DNA of 64,000 bases, from assembly GCA_014905635.1 (NCBI GenBank), contig CM026547.1:434001-498000 (forward strand), read 5' to 3'. The stretch comes from Scenedesmus sp. PABB004. Taxonomy: Eukaryota. The translations under genes were made by a program, and so were the position numbers. Within the stretch, counting starts at the first letter, position 1, and each line of letters opens with the position of its first letter. A model generated the notes under the pieces. That model saw only the letters and a list, made by a program, of their open reading frames with translations. It searched no databases and was not told where the DNA came from. Shown piece by piece: positions 47,003 to 60,333 of this stretch.

Positions 47003-48354
47003 ATGTGGGGCTCGTCCTTCGCAATGCCTGCGTCGCCGCCGCCCGGCTTCGTGCGCTTCAACGTCGGGGGACAGGTCTTCACGGCCGCCCGCGACACGGC
47101 GCTGCGGGAGCCGTCGTCGCGCCTCGCGCTGCTCGTGCGCGGCGTGCTGCCCGCCGCGCGCGACGCCGACGGCGCCATCTTCCTGGAGCGGTGCGCGCGC
47201 CGAGCACGCGCGGGCCGCCGCCCTGCTCTGCTCGCCGCCGCGGGCACGCGCGGCGCGCGCGGCCGCCGACTGCCGCCGCCCGCGCCGTCGCCCTGCCGGC
47301 CGCGCCCCAGGGACCCGAAGCACTTTGCCACGATACTCGCCTGGCTCCGCGATGGCTGGGCTGCGCTGCCGCCGCGCGGCGCGGAGGAGCGGCGCGAGCT
47401 GCTGCAGGAGGTGCGCTGGCTGCAGCTGACCGCCATGGAGGCCTGGCTGCGCGCCCAGGACGCGGGCAGCTGCTGCGGCGGCGGCGGCGGCGGCTGCGGC
47501 GCGGCCGAGCCCCGCTGCGGCGGGCGCGCGAGCCCCTACGAGCCCCCGCGTGTGAGCTGCGTCAGCCCGTTTGGCGAGCCGGGCAGCCCCGCCGGTCTGT
47601 CGCTGCGGAACAACAGCTTCCTGGCACACAACGGCGACCTGCTCGCCGCGGGCGCGCTCTGCGGCGTGCGCACGAGCCGCGCGCTCGCGGCCAGCCCCTT
47701 TGCAGCGGGCCCCGGCGCCGCCGGCGCCAAGCCCTGGCAGCCGGTGAGTGCGCCAGCTAGCCCCGACCGCGCGGCGCAGTTCGGCGGCGGCCGCCCCGCG
47801 TCGGCGTCGCTGCTGGGCGCCGGCGGCGGCCTGGCCGGCGGGTCTCCGCTGGCGGCGAGCTACGCGGCCGGCTTGCTCGCCGCGCAGCGCGGCGCGGGGG
47901 GCTTCCTGCAGTCCAGCGCACACATGGCCATGGCGGACATGGCCGGGACGCTCGTGCAGCTGGCGACGGCGCCGCCGGGCCTGGCGTGGGGCGAGGGCGC
48001 CGCGCCGCCGGGCCTGGCGTGGGGCGAGGGCGCCGCGCTGCGCCCTGCCGCCGACCCGGGCCTGCTGCGCAAGCTGGCCATCGCCGACTTCGTGCAGGTT
48101 GGTGCCGCCCGGGCCGGCGTCTGCGGGGTGGCCGCACGCGCTCCGAGGCTCGAGCCTGGCGCGGGCTGACCCGCGCGCACGCGCAGGACCACCTCCACGT
48201 TCTGTCCGCGTACCTCAAGGACTGGGCGCTGGAGGCGGCCGTTTCTGGCAGCTGCAGGTGCGCCTGCCGGCGCTCGTGAGCGTTGGGCAGCTTCGGTCGA
48301 CTGTTGCGGCGCAACGTTTCGTGCAGGCGTCCCTCGCGCCCTTTTGCGTGGTAA
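47003..48354 (+). CDS. BTB/POZ (KCTD / potassium-channel T1-type) domain protein; 3' end approximate
   Basis: VRFNVGGQVFTAARDT...DGAIFLER|DPKHFATILAWLRDG..LP......LLQEVRWLQL. Confidence 0.85.
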
Positions 48355-48471
48355 ATTTCGATGCGCTGACGGAGCGAGCTGAGCTGAGCGCTAATCAGGT
48401 TGCTGCACACCGCCTCGCCGATAACAGCAGCGGCGGTGGTTCCAAACCGGAGCTCTGGCGGCTGCGCCGCC

Positions 48472-51400
48472 ATGATGGCGCGCCCAGCGGTGGCGCTGTG
48501 GCTTTTGTTAGCACTCCTCGCCAGCGGCGGGCGCCCAGCCACGGCATCACGCGGGGCGCGGCTGCTGCTGCAGGAAGCAGCCCTCCCCGAGCCGTCCCAG
48601 CCGCCGCCCGACCCGTGCTTGGGAAAATATTGCGGCCAGGGTAGCTGCTCTGGCGGCACCTGCGTGTGCGCCGACGGCTGGACCGGCGCGGCGTGCGACC
48701 TGCGTGAGTGCCGTGCGCAGCCCTTGGCCAGCGAGGCAGCGTGCCCGACAGCTCACCCGCGACCGCCGCCGCTGCACTTGCCGCAGCCCCAGACCCCTGC
48801 GCGGGCAAGAGCTGCGGTCAGGGCAGCTGCAGCGGCGGCACCTGCGTGTGCTCAGACGGCTGGAGCGGTGCAGCGTGTGAGACAGGTGTGTGCGCGCCAG
48901 CTGCACGTGACAGCCCTGGTCGCGGCCCGCCTGCCTGCCCGCTGATCATTCGCCGCTGCGGCGCGCACGCCGCAGCCCCAGACCCCTGCGCGGGCAAGAG
49001 CTGCGGTCAGGGCAGCTGCAGCGGCGGCACCTGCGTGTGCTCAGACGGCTGGAGCGGTGCAGCGTGTGAGACAGGTGTGTGCGCGCCAGCTGCACGTGAC
49101 AGCCCTGGTCGCGGCCCGCCTGCCTGCCCGCTGATCATTCGCCGCTGCGGCGCGCACGCCGCAGCCCCAGACCCCTGCGCGGGCAAGAGCTGCGGTCAGG
49201 GCAGCTGCAGCGGCGGCACCTGCGTGTGCTCAGACGGCTGGAGCGGTGCAGCGTGTGAAACAGGTGCGTGCGCGCCAGCTGCACGTGACAGCCCTGGTCG
49301 CGGCCCGCCTGCCTGCCCGCTGATCATTCGCCGCTGCGGCGCGCACGCCGCAGCCCCAGACCCCTGCGCGGGCAAGAGCTGCGGTCAGGGCAGCTGCAGC
49401 GGCGGCACCTGCGTGTGCTCAGACGGCTGGAGCGGTGCAGCGTGTGAGACAGGTGTGTGCGCGCCAGCTGCACGTGACAGCCCTGGTCGCGGCCCGCCTG
49501 CCTGCCCGCTGATCATTCGCCGCTGCGGCGCGCACGCCGCAGCCCCAGACCCCTGCGCGGGCAAGAGCTGCGGTCAGGGCAGCTGCAGCGGCGGCACCTG
49601 CGTGTGCTCAGACGGCTGGAGCGGTGCAGCGTGTGAGACAGGTGTGTGCGCGCCAGCTGCACGTGACAGCCCTGGTCGCGGCCCGCCTGCCTGCCCGCTG
49701 ATCATTCGCCGCTGCCACGCGCACGCCGCAGCCCCAGACCCCTGCGCGGGCAAGAGCTGCGGTCAGGGCAGCTGCAGCGGCGGCACCTGCGTGTGCTCAG
49801 ACGGCTGGAGCGGTGCAGCGTGTGAGACAGGTGTGTGCGCGCCAGCTGCACGTGACAGCCCTGGTCGCGGCCCGCCTGCCTGCCCGCTGATCATTCGCCG
49901 CTGCCACGCGCACGCCGCAGCCCCAGACCCCTGCGCGGGCAAGAGCTGCGGTCAGGGCAGCTGCAGCGGCGGCACCTGCGTGTGCTCAGACGGCTGGAGC
50001 GGTGCAGCGTGTGAGACAGGTGTGTGCGCGCCAGCTGCACGTGACAGCCCTGGTCGCGGCCCGCCTGCCTGCCCGCTGATCATTCGCCGCTGCCACGCGC
50101 ACGCCGCAGCCCCAGACCCCTGCGCGGGCAAGAGCTGCGGTCAGGGCAGCTGCAGCGGCGGCACCTGCGTGTGCTCAGACGGCTGGAGCGGTGCAGCATG
50201 CGAGATCCCTCCAGCACAGCTAGCGCAGGCAGCTGGACCGGAGCTGCCGCCTGCAGCCGAGCAGCCAGCACAGGGAGCTGCGCCAGAGCTGCCGCCTGCG
50301 GCCGAGCAGCCAGCGCAGGCGGCCGCATCGCAGCCGCCTCCTGCAGCTGAGCAGCCAGATCCGGCGGCTGCACCATTGCTGCCACCTGCAGCCGAGCAGC
50401 CAACGCCGGTGGCTGCGCCAGTGCTGCCGCCTGCAGCCGAGCAGCCAGCTCCGGCGGCTGCGCCAGAGCTGCAACCTGCAGCCGAGCAGCCAATGCCGGC
50501 GGCTGCACAGGAGCCGTCGCCGGCAGCCGAGCAGCCAATGCCGGCGGCTGCACCGGAGCCGTCGCCGGCAGCCGAGCAGCCAGCGCCGGCGGCTGCACCG
50601 GAGCCGTCACCGGCAGCCGAGCAGCCAATGCCGGCGGCTGCACAGGAGCCGTCGCCGGCAGCCGAGCAGCCAATGCCGGCGGCTGCACCGGAGCCGTCGC
50701 CGGCAGCCGAGCAGCCAGCGCCGGCGGCTGCACCGGAGCCGTCACCGGCAGCCGAGCAGCCAATGCCGGCGGCTGCACAGGAGCCGTCGCCGGCAGCCGA
50801 GCAGCCAATGCCGGCGGCTGCACAGGAGCCGTCGCCGGCAGCCGAGCAGCCAATGCCGGCGGCTGCACCAGAGCCGTCGCCTGCAGCCGAGCCGCCAGCA
50901 CAGCCAGGTGTGCCGCCCACGGCCGATCAGGCAGCGTCCCTGATGTCAACGGGCAGCAGAAGCGAGCCGGCGCAGCAGCCCATGGCCGCCAGGTCGCAGC
51001 ACCCAGTTGAGCCCGTGGCGGGGCCCGCCTCGCCGGCGCCAGCGCCGCAGCCAGAGCCCTTGTCGTCGCCACCACCTGGCAACGAGGCGGCGCTGCAGGC
51101 TGCGGTGGGCAGCATCAGCAGCGGTGCCTCAACCACCTTCACGTGGGCCCTGGAGGTGACCGGAGGCGGCAGCCTTGCCACCGCGCCCGACGCCGACCTG
51201 CCAATCCCGTTCGAAGTGACGGCCACGCGCAGCGAGGGCACGCGCTCAGCGTTTGTCGCCGGCGCCGTGACGGTCCGCAACACAGGCGGCGCCGGAGCCG
51301 ACATCACCGGCGTGTCCGTTGCAGCGGGCGGCGCGCGGCAGGCGCTGAGCGACTGCGCCGCCACGCTCGCCCCGGGCGCGACGACGAGCTGCGCCTTTAA

Positions 51401-54346
51401 CATCTCGCTGGCCGGCGCCGCACCGGGCAGCGTCGAGGCGGTGGTGGCGTTTTCGAGCCCCGGCGGCTCGGGGGGCGGCGCGCAGCGAACGGCCAGCGCG
51501 TCCGCGTCGTACGACGCCCCCGTCGTGCTCAGCACCGGCGCGAAGGCCGTGATCTACGACACGATCACCCCCGGCGCGGTCGCGCTGCCGGGCGGCGGCG
51601 GTGGCGCCGGCGCGATCCGCGCGGAGCCGCCCGGCGCCAAGCCGCCGGCGGGGCCGCCGGGCACGACGCTCGACGGGTCGCGCAGCTTCAGCTTCCGCCT
51701 GGTCCTCGGCAAGCTCGGCGCCTGCCCCGGCACGCCCGTCACTGTGAGCTGCACCGGTCTTGACCCTTTAAGGAGGGGGGGGGGCAGAGGGAGGGCAGCT
51801 GGCGCGCGGCGCCAAGCGCGTTGAGCGGCGCGCGTGCGCCCCGCCCCCCTGACCCGCGCCGCCCCGCCCTGCGCCGCCGCGGCAGCTTGACTATGCTGCC
51901 ACACTGCTGCCGGAGGGACCCGACGGCGGCACGCCCGCGCCGCTCACCAAGTCGGTGTCGGCGAGCGTCAACGTGCAGGGCTGCGAGTCGGCGCTGCAGC
52001 CGTCGGTCGCGCTGCTCAACCTGCAGACCTGGGCAGCCGTGAGCTGGGCCTGGACGCTCAGCAAGCGCGCCGTGGCCTCGCAGATCCAGGTGGCGCCAGG
52101 GGACGGCGCCAGCCCTGCGTTCCTGGTGCAGCTGCAGCGCACGCGGCAGGCGGGGTCGTACTGGCTCTCGGGGATCGTGCGGCTCACCAACCACAGCAAG
52201 ATGCCGCTGGCCATCGCCGGGGTGCGTCTGGTTGGGCAGACGGGCCAGGCTGGCACGCTGCCGGTCAACTGCATCGGCGGCAGCAGCTTTGGCCGCGGCG
52301 CGCTGCTGGAGGCGCCGTCTGGGCCGGGCGGCGGCGGCGGGGCCGCGCTCGCGCCGGGCGCGCAGGTTGACTGCGCTTTCAACGTCTCCGCCGGCAGCGG
52401 GGCGCCCGTCCAAGGCACGATCGCGGCCGAGGTCGCGTCGTCGGCCGCCGGCGCGGGCGTGGGCGGCGGCATCACGCTGAGCGCCTCGGCTCCGATCAAC
52501 TTTGCCAGCCCGACGCAGCAGTGGTGTGGGGGACTGGGTGGGAAGGGCTGCCTGCCGCGTGAGCCGCCAGCGCACCCCCCCCCCTCCCCCTCTCACGGCC
52601 CGCCCCGCCGCTCGGCCGCCAGGGACATCGGCGGCTGCGTCGCCTTCAGCGACGTTGCGACGACGACCGGGAGCGCCGGGGGCTGGGCGCCGCAGCTCAC
52701 GGGGCTGCCGCAGCAGGAGACGATCTGTGACTCGTGGGAGTGGAGCTATTCCGGCGCGCTGGTGCCCCCTGCGCCCGCCGGGTCCACCGCGTGCGGCGGG
52801 AGCGTGACCATCGAGACCAACGCGGTGGCGCGGCCCATCGGCGGCGGCACCGGGGCGCAGGGCTCGGCCTCGGTGTCCGTCGTGATGGGCTGCAGCGGCA
52901 GCAACGCCGGCCCCCCGCCCGCGCCCGCCCCCGCCCCTGCGCCTGCGCCCGCCGTGCCGCCGGCGCAGCCGCCGGCCCTCGGCCCGCGCGACCCGAGCGG
53001 CGCGGCGACTGGCCGGCCCTTTGTGCCTGGCTACATCTCACCTGGCGGCCTGGCCCGAGGCGGCTACGGCTACGGCCCGGGCCCCGGCGGCGGCTACGTC
53101 GCGCCGGGCGGCCGAGGCTTTTATGGCGTCGGCGGTGGCGGGGGCTACGGCGTGCAGCCCGGCACCGGCGGCGGCTATGGCGCGCAGCCCAGCACCGGCG
53201 GCGGCTATGGCGTGCAGCCCAGCACCGGCGGCGGCTACGGCGTGCAGCCCGGCACCGGCGGCGGCTACGGTGGTGGTGGTGGGAGCACTGGCGCGGTCCC
53301 GGGCCGGGGCCTCGGCGGCGGCACGCCGCCGGTCAGCCCGCTGCCCGCCGCCAACGCCACGGCGCCGGGCCAGCCGTCGCAGTTCATGGCTGCGGGGCTG
53401 CGCCTCAGCCTGAGCAACGTGTCGGCGTCGCCGGCCGCGCGCGGCTGGGCGGTCGCGCTCGCGCACGACGCGCCGCCGCGTGGCGTGTCGCTCACGGGCC
53501 TGCAGGCCCTCGCCTCGGTCCTCTACACAGTCAACGTCACGGCGCGCTCGGTGTTGACCGGCCGCGTCACGCTGTCAAACGCCGGCGCCGCGCCCGTCGC
53601 CGTGCAGTCGCTCGCCGTGCGGGCGAGCGGCGGCGCCGCGGCGGCGGGGCCGGGCAACTGGAGCTGCCCGCGGCCGCTCCCACTCACGCTGCCGGCCGGC
53701 GGCTCGCTGGAGTGCTCCTTTGTCGCGGCAGCCCCGCCTGGCGGCGGGGCGGGCCTCGTCGTCGCCTCGGCGCTGACCGACGCCGGCGCGGTCAGCAGCG
53801 AGCCGGCGCGGCTCACGCCCGGAGGGGGAGGCGGTGGCGGCGCCGGCTGCGCGGAGGTGGCGATCAGCTTCCCCCGGCGCGGCTCGCTGACGCCCAAGCT
53901 GGCGCCAACTGGCGCGGCGCCGCCGCCGGGGCTGGCGCTGGCCCCTGGGCTGGCGCCGCCCATCACACGTCCGGGCAACGCAAGCGCCGCGCCCGGCGCG
54001 GACGCGGGGCGGCGCGTCGTGTGCGCGGCGACGAGCTTCGGCCTGCAGGCGACGTTTGGCCCTTTTGAGGCGGTAGAGTGTGCCTCAATGAATCTGGTGC
54101 GGCGCTGGCTTGCCGGCCGCACGCCGCGCGCGCTTGCTCGTGCGCCCGCTCACGCGGCCCCGTTGGCGCGCGGCGCCTCCGCAGATCCCGGCGATCGCGA
54201 CCGTGCGGGCGGGCGGGCGCGTGCTCGACCGGGCGCGCGTGTCCTTCCCCCTCTACATCGCCTGCGCGCCGCCGAGCCCCGCGCCGGCAGACCTGTCGGC
54301 GGCCGAGCCTAGCGCGGCGACGGCGCGCGTGCTGGGCGAGCGCTGA
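48472..54346 (+). CDS. Secreted modular cell-surface/wall protein: signal peptide, 9 EGF-like repeats, Pro/Ala/Glu/Gln linker, beta-sandwich domains, GGYG repeats
   Basis: MMARPAVALWLLLALLA; DPCAGKSCGQGSCSGGTCVCSDGWSGAAC; downstream exons splice in frame to TGA at 54346. Confidence 0.85.
48787..50203 (+). repeat. Tandem array, 189-bp period: 99-bp EGF exon + 90-bp intron (8 exons, 7 introns)
   Basis: Exon starts at 48787, 48976, 49165, 49354, 49543, 49732, 49921 and 50110. Confidence 0.95.
50240..50895 (+). repeat. Coding 45-bp repeat (AAEQPMPAAAQEPSP-like, about 14 units)
   Basis: gcagccgagcagcca recurs every 45 bp. Confidence 0.9.
53137..53275 (+). repeat. Coding 30-bp repeat (GGYGVQPSTG, about 4.5 units)
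   Basis: Direct inspection. Confidence 0.85.
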
Positions 54347-54692
54347 GCCGTGTGAGCCGCTGGCTGTGCGGCGCGGGCCGCCACCGAGTTATTCTCTGCG
54401 CCGCGCGCCGCGCGTCGAAGCGCGGTTTGGCCAAACCGCGGCGTGCCCGAAGCCCCCCGGCGCCGCCCGGCGACGGGTGCCACCGCTCAACCCCAGCCTG
54501 GAGGCGGCAAGACCGCCCTCGCACACAGTCCTCGTCGGCGGCGGCGGCGCCGGCAGCGGCAGCCGGAAGCGGCAGCAGCGGCGCGGCGGCGCAAGCGGCT
54601 TCCCCGCGCTGCAAGCCGGCCGACACGCGGTTTGACGATGCATCCCGCCTGACGTTCACTCTTGTGCTCCGCTGGGGCCCTCGGGCGCCGGC

Positions 54693-55792
54693 ATGGAGCT
54701 GGTGGAGTCGATGGCAGCGGGCAGCGGCGCCGGCAGGCGAGCTGGGCGGCCCGCAGCGCGCTCCCGCCGTGCTCCACCGCAGCGCCTGAACTCACGCGCG
54801 CCCTCCGACCGCAGGCTGCAGCGCGCCCGCGTGGCGCTGGTGCCGGCGCAGCACTCGTGGGTCGCGCTGCCGGCGCCGCTGGTGAACAGCCTGCTGGACG
54901 CGGGCCTGGGCCTGCCCCTGGCCCTCCGGCTCACCGTGCAGCAGCCGCCGGGTGCGGGCGCGGGCGGGCCGGCGCGCGAGGGGCGAGCGCGAGGGGCGGC
55001 GGTTGCCGCGCCAGCACAGCGCGCTGCGTGCACGCGGCGCGGCGCGCCGCACGCGCCGCCCCCGCGCGCGCCGCAGGCCTGCGCGGCGGGCCGCCGCAGC
55101 CGCCGCGGTACGTGGCCTGGGCGGGCGCGCTCTCGGCGGTGCCCGGCACGCTGGAGCTGGCGGCGGGCCTCGCGTCGGCGCTGGCGCTGCCCGCGGGCGC
55201 GGGTGCGCGCCGCCGACGCCGACGCCGCGCCCGGCGCGGCGGGCGCGGTGTGCACGCCGGCGGCGCGCATGCGCGTGCGTGCGCTCACGCAGCAGCCGCT
55301 GCGCCGCCCCGGCCGCAGAGGTCGCCGTGGAGGTGCTGCCGCGCCTGGCGGAGGCCGCCGCGGTCGCGGTGGAGCCGGCCGGCCCCGCGGACTGGGAGGT
55401 GGTGGAGCTCAACGCGGGGCTGCTGGAGGATATGCTGCTGGGCCAGGCGCGCGCGCGTCGCCCCGCGCTGCGCCTCGCACGCCAGCTAGCTGCGCACGGG
55501 CGCACGCCCACGCCGCGCGCCGTCGCCGCCGCCGCCGCCGCCGCCGCCGCGCGCCGCCGCCGCCGCAGGCGGGCGTGGTGTGCGTCGGCCAGCCCTTCCC
55601 GATGTGGGCGCGCCAGGCGCGCGTCATGCTGCGCGTCACGGGCGTCACGCACGGCGCGGGGGCGGGCGACGGCGGCGCGCTGGTGATGCGGCACGTCGTG
55701 CGGCTCGCGCAGGGCACAGAGCTGCACGTGGCGCCCAAGCCCCGCGCCGCGCCGGGCGGCAGCCACCAGCAGGCGGGCGCAGCGGTGCCGCC

Positions 55793-55834
<42 letters not shown>

Positions 55835-58800
55835 CGAGCCGGTGTGGCTGCGGGTCGAGGATGCGCGCGACCAGCACCTGCTGGACACCGCCGCGCTGCA
55901 GGAGCCGGCTGGGGCCGCCCCCGCCGGCCCGCGCCCCAACGGCGGCGCCGGCGGCGCGCCCAACGGCTCCGGCGCCGGTGGCGCGCCGCCTGGTGCGGCG
56001 ATGGTGCGGTCGTGGTGCACCACCGCCGTGCATGTGAGCCCTGCGACGGCGCGTGACATGGAGCTTCTGCCCGGCGGTCTGGTGCGACTGTACGGCGTTG
56101 GCGGCGGCGGCGGCGCTGGCGTGCTGCCGCTGCAGTCCCTGGTGCTCGCGCTGGCGCTGGACGAGGGTGTGCCATGGGGTCACGTGGCGCTCGCGCCGCC
56201 GCTGCAGCGCTGCCTGGGCGTCGCCGCGCGCGAGTACGTGCAGCTGCAGCCCCTGCAGGCCGCGGCGCAGCTGCAGCAGCTGCCGGGCTTTGTGCTGCAC
56301 CCGCTGCTGCCGGGCTCCGCGGCGGGCGGCGCCGCGGGCTCGGCAGGGCTGGGCAGCGCTGTGGCGTCGGCGGCCGCATCGTGCGGCGGTGCGCGGGGCA
56401 GCAGCGGCGGCGGCGGCGGCGGCAGCACGCTCGCGCCGCCAGCTGCCAGAGCGGGCGCGCCGATCAGCAGTGAGATTGAGGAGCTGCCGGACGACGGCGG
56501 CGAGCGCGGCGCGGCCGGGGGCGACGGCGGCGCGGCGCTGCGCTCGCAGCACGCGGCGTCGCCGCGGGAGAGCTTCACCGGCCTGGGGCTGGTGCAGGAG
56601 GTGGTCGCCGACTGGCTCAACAGGCCGCTGCGCCTGCTGGCCGCGGCCAGGCCGCAGCAGCGGCGGCAGGAGCAGCGGCAGTCGCAGCCGGGGCAGGAGC
56701 CGCCCGGCGGCGCGGCCACGCCGCCGCGCACGCCGACGGCGGCGGCGGGCGCCCTCGCGGACGCGCCGCCGGCGCCGAGCGTGCTGCAGCAGCCGGAGGT
56801 GCTCGCTGCGGCGATGCACGCGTGGCTGCGCCTGCAGGCGCTGGGGCTCGCGTCCGCGGCGCCGGCAGCCGGCGCCGCGCCGGCGGCGCTGCCCTGCAGT
56901 GGGCCGCTGCTGGTACACTTTCAGCTGCACGATGGCCCGCCGTCAGCGGCGGCGGCCGCGCAGCAGGAGCAGCCCGCGGGCGCGGCAGAGCACGGCGGTG
57001 CCGGCGCGCGGCAGCACCAGCACGACTCAGACCACCTCCTGCTGCTGGTGCCGCACGGCCAGCCGCAGGCCGGCGGCGCCGCGCTGCCGTGCGGCCTGCT
57101 GGCGGCCGGCGCGGCGGGCGGCGGCGGCGACGCGCAGCTGCACGTGCACGCCGCGGGCAGCCTGTCGTACGAGGGGGGCGCGACGGCCGTGCTGGCCTCC
57201 CGGGTGGCGGCGGAGCACGGCGCGCACGTGGCGCTCGTCGGCGGCGGCGCCGGCGGCGCCGGCGGCCAGCGGCAGCAGCACCTTGACCCTGCTGACTTCC
57301 CCTGGCTTGCGCCCGCGCTGCAGTCCTGCCTGCGCCGCCTTGGCCCGCGCCTCAGCCTGCCCGCGTGGCAGGCGTGGCAGGCGGCGGAGCTGCCCCTGCC
57401 CGGCGGCGTGCTGCTCGCCGGCAGCAGCGACGGCGGGCGCGGCTGGCTGCTGCAGCTGCTGGGCCAGGCGGCGGCGGAGCAGCACGGCGCGCACGTCCTG
57501 CGGGTGCGGCGGCGCAGCTCGCTGGCGCGTCGGCCCCGGCGCGGCCGCGCCGGCCACGCGCCGAGCTCTCACCGCTGCGGTCCTGCCTCCCTGTGCCTCC
57601 CTGCCTGCCGCCGCCGCCACTCCCGCCGCCGCCAGGTGTCCTGCAAGAGCCTGGCCGGACTCGGCTTTGAGGCCGCGGCCGGCGTGCTCGCGGCGGCCGC
57701 GTCCGAGGCGGCCGCGTGCTGCCCGGGGCTGCTGCTGCTGGACGACCTGGACCTGCTCACACCGGCGGCGAGCGGAGAGGGGCCCGGCGGCGTCGAGCAG
57801 GCGCGGCCGCGCCCCGCGCTCGCGCCCCGCGCCCCTCCCTTCCCCTCCTGGCCCCGCTGCGGCCCGGCAGCGGCGGCGCCGCCGGCGGGTCCCCGAGCCG
57901 CACGCGTCCGCGCCGCGCGCGCCGCACGCAGGACCACGCGACCGCGACGCGCCTGGCGGAGTGGCTGGCCGACCTCGTGCGCTGGGCGGCCGGCCAGCCG
58001 CGCCCGCTCACGTTTGCGGCGGCCTGCGCCGCGCCCGCCGCGCTGCCGCCCGCGCTGCGCGGCGCGGGGTGCCTCGACTGCGAGGTCAAGACGCCGCCCT
58101 TTGGCGCGGCGGGGCGCGCCGCGCTCCTGCTCGCGGCGGTGCGCGAGCGCGGCCTGGCCTATGGCGGCGCGGCCGGCGACGTCGCGTCCCTCGCAGGCAA
58201 GGCGCTGGAGGGCTTCGACGCTCGCGACCTGCAGCTCGTGGCCGACCGGGCGGCGCACGCCGCGCTCGCGCGCCGCGTGGCGCGCGGCGGCGCGTGCGGC
58301 GTCGACGGCCAGGCGCCGCCGCCGCGGCTGGAGGTGTGCGCCGAGGACCTGGCTGAGGCGCTCGAGGGCTTTGTGCCCGTCGCGTTCTGGCGCGCGGGGC
58401 AGCACAAGGGCGCCGCGGTGCAGGACGGCGGCCTGCAGGGCTGGGAGGACGTCGGTGAGCCGCGGCGCTCGGCGCGGCGTCGGGGCTGGGGGCGCGCCGC
58501 CGCCGACCGCCGCGCCGCCGACCGCCGCCGACCGCCGCGCCGCGCCGCGCCGCGCCGCCGCGCCGCGCCGCCGCGCCGCGCGCCCAGGCGGCCTCGCGGA
58601 CGCCGTCGCTGCGCTGCACGAGGCGCTGGTCATGCCGGCAAAGTATGGCCAGCTGCTCGCCGCGGCGCCGCTGCGCCTGCGCACTGGTGCGGCACCCGCG
58701 CGCGCGCGCGCGCGCGCGCCGTGCGCGGCAGGCGCTCCGCCGCCCGTGCACCGCCGTGCGCCGCACGCGCGCCGCACGCCGACCGCGCGCCGCCGCGGCG

Positions 58801-60046
58801 GCGCAGGCCTGCTGCTGTTTGGGCCGCCCGGGTGCGGCAAGACGCACGTCGTCGCCGCTGCGGTCGCTGCCACGGGGGCGCGGCTCATCTCGGTCAAGGT
58901 GCGCCGCCACCCTGCCCGCCCCTCCCCTCCCCCTTCCTCCTCTCTTGTCGCTCCGCGCGCGCGCGCACTCGCGCTGGCCCTGCCCGCCTCCCCCCTGCCC
59001 GCCTCGCCCCTGGCCCGCCTCCGCCTCCGCCTCACCTCGGCCGCCTCACCGCGCCTCCCCTGCCCGCCGCCGGGCGGCGCGCGTCAGGGCCCCGAGCTGC
59101 TGAACAAGTACATCGGCCAGAGCGAGGCCGCGGTGCGCGAGCTCTTCGCCCGCGCGTCCGCCGCCGCGCCGTGCGTCCTCTTCTTCGACGAGTTTGACGC
59201 CATCGCGCCGCCGCGCGGCCACGACTCCACGGGCGTCACCGACCGGTGCGCCGCGCCGCGGCTGTGGCGCCTGCGCGCGCGGGCGGCGCGCGTCGTGGCG
59301 GCGCGGCGCTGACCCCGCCGCCGCGCGCGCAGCGTGGTGAACCAGCTGCTCACGGAGCTGGACGGCGTGGAGGGCCTGAGCGGCGTCGCGGTGCTCGCCG
59401 CCACGAGCCGCCCGGACCTCATCGACGCCGCGCTGCTGCGCCCGGGTGCGCGCACAACGCGCGCGCGCGCGCCGCGCCGCCCGCCGCACTGTGTGCTGTG
59501 CGCGCCGCGCCAGCCTGCCCCTCGCCCACACACGCACACACGCGCGCCGCCGCCGCCGCCTGCGTGTTGCTGTCGACAGGCCGGCTCGACCGCCTGGTCA
59601 TGTGCGGCCTGCCAGACGCGGCGGAGCGGCTCGCCATCCTGCGCGCCGCGGCGCGGCGGCTGCCTCTCGGCGCCGGCGCCGACCTGGCGGCGGTCGCGGC
59701 GGCGACGCCGCACTTCACCGGCGCCGACCTCGCGGCCATCCTCAGCGAGGCGCAGCTGCTGGCGGTGCACGATGCGCTCGACGCCGCAGCGGCGGCGCAG
59801 CAGGCCGCCGGCGGGGGCGGCGACGAGCCCCCGGGCGGCGGCGGCGGCGCCGCCGGCGTGCCCGAGGTGGGCGCGGCCCACCTGCGGCGCGCGCTGTCGC
59901 GCGCGCGGCCGTCGCTGCCCGCGGCGGAGCGCGCGCGGCTGGCGGCCGTGTACGCGCGGTTCCAGGCGGGCCGCGACCCGGGGCTGAGCAACCGGCAGCT
60001 GCTGGCCGAGGAGGCGGCGCACGTGAAGCACGCCACGCTGGCCTAG
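54693..60046 (+). CDS. PEX1: Peroxisome biogenesis AAA ATPase PEX1, about 12 exons
   Basis: N-domain SWVALP and [27 protein letters not shown]2 [56 protein letters not shown]; ends ATLA*. Confidence 0.94.
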
Positions 60047-60229
60047 CCGGCGCTGCTAGCTGCTAGGCGGCCTTGCGCTGGTGCTGCGCGGTCGGTAATC
60101 ATGAGCGGGTGGCGGCCCGTGCGTTGCCTCGCGTACGTCCGTGTACCTCAGCCGCTCTGCCGCCGCGCAAGACAACACACACGTGTGCCCCCGTTGCCCC
60201 TGACACCCTTCCTCTTCCTTCCTCGGACA

Positions 60230-60333
<104 letters not shown>

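Noticed and set aside
48787..50203. CRISPR-like regular array
   Set aside because: The spacers are identical introns and the repeats encode EGF domains; eukaryotic context, no cas genes
57390..57460. Degenerate Walker A in the PEX1 D1 domain ([11 protein letters not shown])
   Set aside because: D1 degeneration is common in PEX1/PEX6, and D2 is intact
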